Source: a virus (lineage: Duplodnaviria > Caudoviricetes). Taken from it: a stretch of 64,000 nt of DNA. The position numbers and the translations under genes were made by a program. Location of the stretch: positions 2,964 through 66,963 of the IMG/VR virus record IMGVR_UViG_3300032292_000703; one strand, given 5' to 3'. Shown here in pieces: positions 38,585 to 46,443 of the stretch; position 1 is the stretch's first letter; every line of letters begins with the position of its first letter. Under the pieces are notes generated by a model. It was not told the origin of the DNA, did no database searches, and saw only the letters and a program-made list of their open reading frames with translations.

Positions 38585-39340
38585 ATGGTAAAACTCTCTG
38601 ATTTTTTGGTTGAGTCAGCTTCAAGTTCTAGTCAACAGGACATGGAGAAGAACTCATTGCGTCTTGAAAACACCATCAAATATCTTCAGACCAAGAAAAA
38701 GGTATTGTTGATTGCTACATCAAACAGATGGGAAGGTCACAAAGACGACGAAGCTAAATCCACCAAACTTGCAAAGTTGGTTGCTGAACGTTTAGGAACC
38801 GACAAGTGTGAATTTATTGATGCCAGCAAATTGAACATTGCTGTGTGCGAAGGTAACGTATCCTCCAAGTTTGGAAATCATTGTGGAGAAAAAGGTGCAC
38901 TGTTAAAAGACAAAGATAAAAATCCAAGTGGATATCATCGTTGTTGGGCAAGTATCAATAACAAATCAGATGAACTGTGGAAGATAACAAAACCACTGTT
39001 TGAAAGTGACGCCGTTGTATTTTTTACATCAATTCGTTGGGGTCAGACCAACAGTGTACATCAAAAGTTGATTGAACGATTAACATGGATTGAGAATAGA
39101 CGCACCACTTTGGGCGAATCTGATATTATCAAAAATGTTGATTCTGGAGTTATTGCTTTGGGTCAAAACTGGAATGGCAAGGATGTTGTAAAAACTCAAA
39201 AACAGATGTTAGAGTTTTACGGATTTCAGACTCCATCTGAACTATTTTGGAATTGGCAATATACAGATAATCCATTGGATGAAACAAAAAAGTCATATTC
39301 CAAAGCAATCACAGTATTTAATGATACGTTCGAAGTATAA
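38585..39340 (+). CDS. Flavodoxin-fold protein (NADPH-dependent FMN reductase/WrbA-like) with a head-protein-type leader
   Basis: VLLIATSNR, LFESDAVVFFTSIRWG, KLIERL; N-terminus MVKLSDFLVES; TATTTATA at 38570-38577. Confidence 0.75.
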   Translation: MVKLSDFLVESASSSSQQDMEKNSLRLENTIKYLQTKKKVLLIATSNRWEGHKDDEAKSTKLAKLVAERLGTDKCEFIDASKLNIAVCEGNVSSKFGNHCGEKGALLKDKDKNPSGYHRCWASINNKSDELWKITKPLFESDAVVFFTSIRWGQTNSVHQKLIERLTWIENRRTTLGESDIIKNVDSGVIALGQNWNGKDVVKTQKQMLEFYGFQTPSELFWNWQYTDNPLDETKKSYSKAITVFNDTFEV

Positions 39341-39356
39341 ACCAAAATAAAAAGTT

Positions 39357-39965
39357 ATGAAAAAAGCATCAGGAAAAAGTAATTTGGCAATCGTTAGGGA
39401 CTATCTGAACGGAGAACGTCCTTTTATTCAAGTTGGTTACACAGCCGATTCAGATTTTGCCAGTCGTAAAGAAGGCGAAGTTTGGATTGACGCAAATGGA
39501 AGAAAGTGGATCAAAAAGAATGGATCAAAACGAGCTGTTAACCAAGTCAATAGTTCTGTTATCGAAGCTACCAAACAGATCTGTAAAGACTGTAATATGG
39601 ACATTCGATGGGGTAATAGATACGATCAAATCTTTTTCAATAAGACTGGTCGTTGTCAAGAATGTATTGCCAAATTTGAAACTCAACTACGTATCGAAGG
39701 TAAATACGATGATTACGAACAAAAGAAACTGCTTCAGAATCAATTGAGTCAAGCAAAAGAGTTTAGAATCAAAGTTCAAGAGAGTTTTGATTTTGTGTCA
39801 TCACACGAAAAGATTTCGTTTCCTAACGGCGATGGAACGATGGATGAATGGACAATTGAACGCCGTGAAAATATTTTGAAGGATTTGAAGAAGGATCTCA
39901 AAAAGATCGACAAACAAATCGTTAAAATCGAACAAAAATTGGAGAAGTTAAATCATGTCGAATGA
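39357..39965 (+). CDS. Zn-finger hypothetical protein overlapping the terminase gene (small-terminase candidate by position only)
   Basis: CKDC...CQEC pairs and a coiled-coil C-terminus; overlaps the terL start. Confidence 0.6.
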   Translation: MKKASGKSNLAIVRDYLNGERPFIQVGYTADSDFASRKEGEVWIDANGRKWIKKNGSKRAVNQVNSSVIEATKQICKDCNMDIRWGNRYDQIFFNKTGRCQECIAKFETQLRIEGKYDDYEQKKLLQNQLSQAKEFRIKVQESFDFVSSHEKISFPNGDGTMDEWTIERRENILKDLKKDLKKIDKQIVKIEQKLEKLNHVE

Positions 39966-41550
39966 GAAATCATTAAGAGATATCATCAAGGCAGAATACA
40001 AAAAGTGCCTTGAAAATCCCATGTACTTCATGAAGAAGTATGTGAAAATTCAACATCCTAAACGGGGTACCATTCCATTTGAACTATATCCCTTTCAAGA
40101 TACAGCGCTTCAGGAGTTGATTGATAACGACTATAACATTATTCTAAAGAGTAGACAGTTGGGTATTACTACATTGAGTAGTGCATATAGTTTGTGGATG
40201 ATGATATTTCACAGTGATAAAAACATTCTGTGCATTAGTATTACTCAAGAAACTTCAAAAGAAATTGTTACCCGCGTTCGTTTTGCTAATGATAATCTAC
40301 CAAGTTGGTTAAAAGTTCCATGTGTTGAAGATAATCGATTGTCACTACGATTAAAAAACGGATCACAAATTAAAGCAGTATCATCATCTGGTACTGCTGG
40401 TCGTTCCGCTGCACTATCAATGTTGATTATTGACGAAGCTGCGTTCATTGACAACATTGATGAAATTTGGACTTCTGCACAATCTACATTGTCAACTGGT
40501 GGTAAAGCTATTGTGTTATCTACTCCAAATGGTGTAGGTAATTTCTTTCATAGAACGTGGGTTGAAGCTGACGCAAAAAAGAACAAGTTTCATACCATCA
40601 AACTTCCATGGCATTTACATCCAGAACGTGATCAAACATGGAGAGATGAACAAACAAAACTTCTTGGACCCAAAATGGCAGCTCAAGAATGTGACTGTGA
40701 CTTTGCTACATCTGGTAACACAGTCATTGATGTTCCTATTCTTGATTTTTATAAACAGTCAAAAGTACGTCCTCCGGTTGAAACAAGAGGAATGGACAAA
40801 TCGTATTGGATTTGGGAGTATCCCGATTACTCACGATCATATTTGTTAGCAGCGGACGTTGCTCGTGGTGATGGTGCTGACTACAGTGCATTTCATGTAA
40901 TTGATGTTGAAAGTTTCACACAGGTTGCTGAATACAAAGGACAGGTCAGTACAAAAGATTATGGTAACATGTTAGTTAATGTTGCCACAGAATACAATAA
41001 CGCTTTGTTGGTTATTGAAAATATGAATATTGGTTGGGGTGCAATTCAACAAGCGTTGGACCGTAAGTATGCCAATTTGTTTTACAGTAGTGCCGATTTG
41101 AAGTATGTGGATGTGGAACATCAAATGACAAATCGTATTCATTCATCTGAAAAGAAAATGACTCCGGGTTTTACGACTACATCTGTAACTAGACAATTGA
41201 TTATTTCACGATTGGAAACCTATATGCGCGAAAAGGCTATTAACGTACAATCTACTCGTATTGTTGATGAATTATATACCTTTATTTGGAATAATGGTAA
41301 AGCAGAAGCCATGAGAAACTACAACGATGACTTGGTAATGGCATTTGCAATTGGGTTGTGGGTTCGTGACACAGCATTGAAACTACGTCAACAGTCTATT
41401 GATCTTACTAGAAATATGTTGGGAAGTATCAATAGATCCGAAAATCAATCAGCTCCAATTTATTCATCCAAACAATCATCTGCACAACAATCGTGGGAAA
41501 TGCCTACTGGTTTAAAAGATCAAAAAGAGAGTTTAACGTGGTTATTATAA
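39955..41550 (+). CDS. gp17: Terminase large subunit (T4 gp17-like)
   Basis: LKSRQLGITT Walker A, IIDEAAF Walker B, STPNG, ADVARGDG.DYS, YNDDLVMA nuclease motifs. Confidence 0.97.
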   Translation: MSNEKSLRDIIKAEYKKCLENPMYFMKKYVKIQHPKRGTIPFELYPFQDTALQELIDNDYNIILKSRQLGITTLSSAYSLWMMIFHSDKNILCISITQETSKEIVTRVRFANDNLPSWLKVPCVEDNRLSLRLKNGSQIKAVSSSGTAGRSAALSMLIIDEAAFIDNIDEIWTSAQSTLSTGGKAIVLSTPNGVGNFFHRTWVEADAKKNKFHTIKLPWHLHPERDQTWRDEQTKLLGPKMAAQECDCDFATSGNTVIDVPILDFYKQSKVRPPVETRGMDKSYWIWEYPDYSRSYLLAADVARGDGADYSAFHVIDVESFTQVAEYKGQVSTKDYGNMLVNVATEYNNALLVIENMNIGWGAIQQALDRKYANLFYSSADLKYVDVEHQMTNRIHSSEKKMTPGFTTTSVTRQLIISRLETYMREKAINVQSTRIVDELYTFIWNNGKAEAMRNYNDDLVMAFAIGLWVRDTALKLRQQSIDLTRNMLGSINRSENQSAPIYSSKQSSAQQSWEMPTGLKDQKESLTWLL

Positions 41551-41591
41551 TACTCTTTCACTATTTATTTACCAGAAAATAATAAACTTGT

Positions 41592-43487
41592 ATGGCAGAT
41601 CAACCGACCGATTTAAAGAGTAGATCACTATTTGCTCGTCTTAAGAGACTTTTTTCCACAGATGTTATTGTACGTAACATCGGTGGTAAAAAACTAAAAG
41701 TAGTAGATACTGACGAAGTAGCATACGCAACAGATCGTAATACACTTCGTGATCGTTTCAACCGTATTCGTACTTCTGCGTACAATCAGTACAGTAGAGA
41801 TTTTACTCTCAGTTATCAAGCAGCTCGTATCGAGCTTTTCAGAGATTATGATACGATGGACATGGATCCTATTCTAAGTTCTGCTCTTGACATTTATGCG
41901 GATGAATCACTTACTCGTAATGAGTTGGGTGATATTTTGGTTATTAATACACCAGATGATAACATTAAACAGATTCTACGAAATTTGTATTATGATATCA
42001 TGAATATCGAATTTAACTTATGGAGTTATGTTCGTAACATGTGTAAGTATGGAGATTTTTATCTTCGTCTATATGTTAGTCCCGAATACGGTGTATACAT
42101 GATTGAACCAATCAGTGCTTATAATGTCACCCGTGTTGAAAATAGTGATTTATACAATAAGAACTATATCAAGTTCCAAGTGAATCTTCCAGATGGTGGT
42201 AAAGTTGAAGATTTGGAAAACTATCAGGTAGCACATTTTCGTTTGTTGAGTGACAGTAACTTCCTTCCGTATGGTAAGAGTATGTTGGAAGGTGCACGTC
42301 GTGTTTGGAAACAATTGAGTTTGATGGAAGACGCAATGTTGATTCATCGTATCATGCGTGCTCCTGAAAAACGTATTTTCAAGATTGACGTTGGTAATAT
42401 TCCTCCTAATGAAATTGACTCTTACATGGAGAAGTTGATTGCCAAGACCAAGAAGGTTCCATATGTCGATGAAAAAACCGGAGATTACAATCTACGATTC
42501 AATCTTCAGAATATGGTGGAAGACTTTTATTTACCAGTTCGTGGTGGTGATAGTGGGACCAGCATTGAATCATTGAGTGGTATGGAATTTACTGGTACAG
42601 ACGATATTGAATATCTTCGTAAGAAGATGATGGCTGCTCTCAAGATTCCCAAGGCATTCTTGAGTTATGATGAAGATTTGAGTGGTAAAGCTACGTTGGC
42701 ACAAGAAGATGTACGTTTTTCACGTACCATTGAACGCATTCAACGTATTATTATTAGTGAGTTGACCAAGATTGGTATTGTTCATTTGTATGCTCAAGGT
42801 TATAGAGATGCAAGTTTGGTAGACTTTAGTTTGGAATTGACTAATCCATCCACCGTCTTTGAAAAGGAGAAGATTTCAATTTGGGGTGACAAAGTTAATG
42901 TTGCTAAAGACATGATTGAAAACAAGTTGTTTAGTAAGAAGTGGGTATATCGTGAAGTTTTCAATATGTCGGATGATGATGCTTCTGCGTTGAAAAACGA
43001 TATTGTTGATGATTCTAAACAAACATATCGTTTCAAACAGATTGAAGAAGAAGGTAACGATCCTGCAAAATCATTCCAAAAGGTCAATCCCGAAGGTGAG
43101 TCCTCTGGTGGAGGTGGAGGTGGAGGCGGTGGTACTGAAACTGGTGGTGCTGAAGCAGGAGGTGAAGCTGGTGCTCCTTCATTAAAGGAAAAGGCCAAGC
43201 CAGATTCAGATTATGTGAGACCGTCTCAAAAGGGATTGAAGAAGGCATCAGACTATCCTTTTGGAGAAGATGTTACTGGACGATTGGAGAACAATCGATC
43301 AATTAAATCTGATATGTCTATCACTCCTAAGTTTGCAGGAGGATCTGTATTTAGTCTCGAAAGCATTTCTAAAGGTTTGGTTCCAAAGTTAGATAACTAT
43401 TTAAAGTCTCTTAAACAGGAGAAACAGGAGTTACTGTCAGAAAATAACAATAAATCCATGATGGATGAAACGAATATATTGGAATAA
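41592..43487 (+). CDS. gp20: Portal protein (T4 gp20-like) with a Gly-rich C-terminal extension
   Basis: QLSLMEDAMLIHRIMRAPEKRIFKIDVGN, EDFYLPVRGG, YLRKKMMAALKIP; TATTTATT at 41562-41569. Confidence 0.97.
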   Translation: MADQPTDLKSRSLFARLKRLFSTDVIVRNIGGKKLKVVDTDEVAYATDRNTLRDRFNRIRTSAYNQYSRDFTLSYQAARIELFRDYDTMDMDPILSSALDIYADESLTRNELGDILVINTPDDNIKQILRNLYYDIMNIEFNLWSYVRNMCKYGDFYLRLYVSPEYGVYMIEPISAYNVTRVENSDLYNKNYIKFQVNLPDGGKVEDLENYQVAHFRLLSDSNFLPYGKSMLEGARRVWKQLSLMEDAMLIHRIMRAPEKRIFKIDVGNIPPNEIDSYMEKLIAKTKKVPYVDEKTGDYNLRFNLQNMVEDFYLPVRGGDSGTSIESLSGMEFTGTDDIEYLRKKMMAALKIPKAFLSYDEDLSGKATLAQEDVRFSRTIERIQRIIISELTKIGIVHLYAQGYRDASLVDFSLELTNPSTVFEKEKISIWGDKVNVAKDMIENKLFSKKWVYREVFNMSDDDASALKNDIVDDSKQTYRFKQIEEEGNDPAKSFQKVNPEGESSGGGGGGGGGTETGGAEAGGEAGAPSLKEKAKPDSDYVRPSQKGLKKASDYPFGEDVTGRLENNRSIKSDMSITPKFAGGSVFSLESISKGLVPKLDNYLKSLKQEKQELLSENNNKSMMDETNILE

Positions 43488-43543
43488 TACAAATATGGGA
43501 GTTTTATCAAAAATTAATATATTTATAAATTATAACTACTAAT

Positions 43544-44407
43544 ATGCACAAATCGAAGCATTCAAAGTTCAAAAATACAGGAATTTTGTTTGAGTTGCTG
43601 ACCCGTCAAATTACTGCTGATATTATCGGTGGTAAAGACGAATCCGCTGCAAAACAAATTTTGTTTAAGTATTTTTCTGAGAACACAGAATTGGGAAAAG
43701 AATACCAACTTTATAACTTCTTGTTGAACGAAAAAGCTAGAGACACATCACACGCTGATCGAATGATTGGTGTAGTTCTTGAGTCCAGATCACAACTAGA
43801 CAGCAAAAAGTTAGCACAACAAAAGTACGATCTTATTAGTGAGATAAAAGAATTGTATCCTATTGATAGCTTTTTGAAGGGAAATATCAAAAATTATCGT
43901 ATTTTAGCTTCGATATACAAAGTTTTTGAAAACAAGACCGCTTCAAAGTTTGATGTCAAGGAGGTTCTTCAGTCCAGAGAGTCTATTATTGAGTGTTTGT
44001 GCAGCACCGTAACTAAGAAGTCTGACACTGAAGAAAATCTCCTTGAATATTACAAACAACAAAGTGAAGATATTCGTTTGTTGGCATATAAGTTGTTATT
44101 GGAGGGATTAAACACCAAGTATAAGGACTTTGATGAAAATCAAAAGAAGCTTATACGTGAGTATATCTTGAATATTTCTAACACAAATTCGTTGTCTAAA
44201 TATGTGTGTGAAGAAATTGAAAAGATTAAGAAACTAATTTCTAGTTCAAAGTCAAAGATTCAAGACAATCAGGTTGTTGCAATTAAGTTGTCTGAAATTG
44301 TAAATGTGTTGGAAAAAGTAAAACCAACAACTGTTGTAAAAGACAATCATATTATGGCTCTATTGTTGTCGTATGAATTGGTAAAAGAACTTAACAATTT
44401 GAAATAA
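43544..44407 (+). CDS. Conserved helical head-module hypothetical protein
   Basis: 287 aa, KHSKFKNTGILFELL start; lies between portal and protease; TATTTATA at 43520-43527. Confidence 0.8.
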   Translation: MHKSKHSKFKNTGILFELLTRQITADIIGGKDESAAKQILFKYFSENTELGKEYQLYNFLLNEKARDTSHADRMIGVVLESRSQLDSKKLAQQKYDLISEIKELYPIDSFLKGNIKNYRILASIYKVFENKTASKFDVKEVLQSRESIIECLCSTVTKKSDTEENLLEYYKQQSEDIRLLAYKLLLEGLNTKYKDFDENQKKLIREYILNISNTNSLSKYVCEEIEKIKKLISSSKSKIQDNQVVAIKLSEIVNVLEKVKPTTVVKDNHIMALLLSYELVKELNNLK

Positions 44408-44408
44408 T

Positions 44409-45086
44409 ATGAGTAAAGATAAAAAACCAAAAACCCCAGATCTTATCACCGGCGAAGAAGAAGCCAAGCTAAAAGAACTTATCAAGAGTCTCATTAAACA
44501 AGAACTTGAGGAAATGACCGGTACCGGTGCAGTTGCTGGATTTGCTACAAAAAATGCATTTGCAGGTGGTGGTAGTCATGGAAAGAAAGCAACTGATGCC
44601 ACATTAAAACAAATGCCTGGTTCAAAGGTTGCAAAGGAAATTGACGAAAAGAAAAATCCTAAGAAGAAAAAGAAACCTGACGCAGACGGTGATGGTGTTC
44701 CTGATTGGGCAGATACACATCCCGGCGAACCAGATCAAAACTTTGAAAAGAAAGCAAAGAAAAAGGCTGTGTGGAAAAAGGGCGTTGAAAAACTTCAAAA
44801 AGATCTTGATTCGTTAGATGAAAACGAAAAGAAGTTGAACGAAGCTGTTTCACGTTATGCTCGTTTGAAAGAAAATCCCAAGAGACATTCCTACAAAGTA
44901 TCTTTGATTACTCAAGAAATCACAAAGATGCTCAGAGAAGTTGACTTTTTAATGAGTGTCAATCAAAGACTCAAAACCGAAATGAACGTTCCAAATGAAG
45001 AACTTTGGAAACGTACATCCGGCAGAATTGCTGAAATCAAAGCAAGATTGAAGTCAATTGGTATGAAACTTAGAAAATTACAATAA
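44409..45086 (+). CDS. Putative internal head/core protein
   Basis: LIKQELEEMTGTGAVAGF, Lys-rich, DADGDGVPD motif, LNEA site. Confidence 0.75.
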   Translation: MSKDKKPKTPDLITGEEEAKLKELIKSLIKQELEEMTGTGAVAGFATKNAFAGGGSHGKKATDATLKQMPGSKVAKEIDEKKNPKKKKKPDADGDGVPDWADTHPGEPDQNFEKKAKKKAVWKKGVEKLQKDLDSLDENEKKLNEAVSRYARLKENPKRHSYKVSLITQEITKMLREVDFLMSVNQRLKTEMNVPNEELWKRTSGRIAEIKARLKSIGMKLRKLQ

Positions 45087-45087
45087 T

Positions 45088-45621
45088 ATGATTTCACTCG
45101 TAAAACTTATTACTGAAGACGAAGGTGATCCACAGCATTTTGGTACATCTACTGCTGGTGGTCAACCATTGCCATCTACATCTGTAGACTACAATGTAAG
45201 TTCTGACTTTTCTGACTTTGAAGCTAAAATTGCAAGAACCACAGCGGAATCAAAAGCTGCATTTCTTCGTAATTTGAACAATCGTATATTGAATAAGAAG
45301 GTGTCTATTCAAGCATCCAAGGGATATGGTCAACCAATTCGTGACTATGAAATTTCAGTCACTAGTACCAGTCTTGACTACTTTTATGATCGTTATGTTG
45401 TGATTCTCAGAGATGAAGATGACAAAGAATACTTTTTGAAGCCAGGCTTCAAGATCACAATTCTTGGTCAGGGAGAACCTCTGAAGGTTAAGGCACCAAA
45501 GGAACCAAAGACAGCAGAGCCAGGAACCAAGGCAACAACTCAAGTTGGTCAGGCAGCTATACAATCAGTTACTCCTGCTCCAAAACCTCAGGCACAACCA
45601 CAACAAACAAAAACAGCTTAA
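45088..45621 (+). CDS. Putative internal head protein
   Basis: MISLVKLITED leader; Pro/Gln/Lys tail. Confidence 0.75.
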   Translation: MISLVKLITEDEGDPQHFGTSTAGGQPLPSTSVDYNVSSDFSDFEAKIARTTAESKAAFLRNLNNRILNKKVSIQASKGYGQPIRDYEISVTSTSLDYFYDRYVVILRDEDDKEYFLKPGFKITILGQGEPLKVKAPKEPKTAEPGTKATTQVGQAAIQSVTPAPKPQAQPQQTKTA

Positions 45622-45623
45622 TT

Positions 45624-46235
45624 ATGGATAAAATAGTACAAACAGGTTGGATCTTTTTCGAACCAATTGGTGGAATGCTCAATGAAGCAAATGAAGATCC
45701 ATCTAAACCGATGATCGTTCAAGGTGTTCTTCAACGTGCAAACGCTAAGAACCAAAATGGACGTGTGTATCCAAAAGATATCTTGGAACGTGAAGTCAAA
45801 AAGTACGACGACAGTTTTGTTAAAGAGAGACGTGCTTTGGGTGAATTGGATCACCCAGACAGTAGCGTTGTTAATCTTCAAAACGTAAGCCACAACGTTG
45901 TTGAAATGATGTGGAATGGTGATGACTTGGTTGGTAAGGTTGAAATTCTTCCTACACCAAGTGGTAACATTCTTAAGGCATTGTTCAAGGCCGGTATTAA
46001 ATTGGGTATTAGTAGCCGTGGTCTTGGAAGTGTTCGTAAAAATGTTAGAGAGAACGCTGACGAAGTACAAGACGACTTTGAATTAATTGCATTTGATTTT
46101 GTAAGCAATCCATCAACTAGAGGTGCGTTTTTATTTCCGTCTAGTGCACTAAATGAATCGGTACAAAATACGACGATTAACAAATATTCTAAAATTGAAT
46201 CGTTGATTCACGATATTATTTCGGAAGTCAAATAA
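45624..46235 (+). CDS. gp21: Prohead core protease (T4 gp21-like)
   Basis: QRANAKNQNGRVYP, GELDHP, GISSRGLGS, FDFVSNPS. Confidence 0.97.
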   Translation: MDKIVQTGWIFFEPIGGMLNEANEDPSKPMIVQGVLQRANAKNQNGRVYPKDILEREVKKYDDSFVKERRALGELDHPDSSVVNLQNVSHNVVEMMWNGDDLVGKVEILPTPSGNILKALFKAGIKLGISSRGLGSVRKNVRENADEVQDDFELIAFDFVSNPSTRGAFLFPSSALNESVQNTTINKYSKIESLIHDIISEVK

Positions 46236-46241
46236 TACTAT

Positions 46242-46271
46242 AACACAACATTTTTATGTTGTGTTTTTTTT
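46242..46271 (+). terminator. Intrinsic terminator after the protease gene
   Basis: AACACAACAT-TTTT-ATGTTGTGTT plus T-run. Confidence 0.75.
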
Positions 46272-46316
46272 GCGTTTGTGTAATAATTATCATCAAATAC
46301 AAACGCAATATAATGA

Positions 46317-46427
46317 AAAATTGAATTGTTTGATCCTAATTTGACTGAATGGGAAAATATGAAAATAAATAAATGGGATAGAATTTGGGATTGTGGTTCC
46401 ATAAAATACGAACTATTTATATACTAA
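46317..46427 (+). pseudogene. Start-less C-terminal remnant of a phage (homing) endonuclease-like gene
   Basis: Frame reads *KIELFDPNLTEWENMKINKWDRIWDCGSIKYELFIY*; FDP..TEWENM...(Y/W)DRIWDCG is a C-terminal motif of mobile endonuclease-like ORFs in large phages. Confidence 0.6.
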
Positions 46428-46443
46428 ACTCTATTTATTTGAT

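Noticed and set aside
39955-43487. Inteins or introns in terminase or portal
   Set aside because: Motif spacing and lengths are ordinary; no LAGLIDADG or intein-end (HN-C/S/T) signature seen
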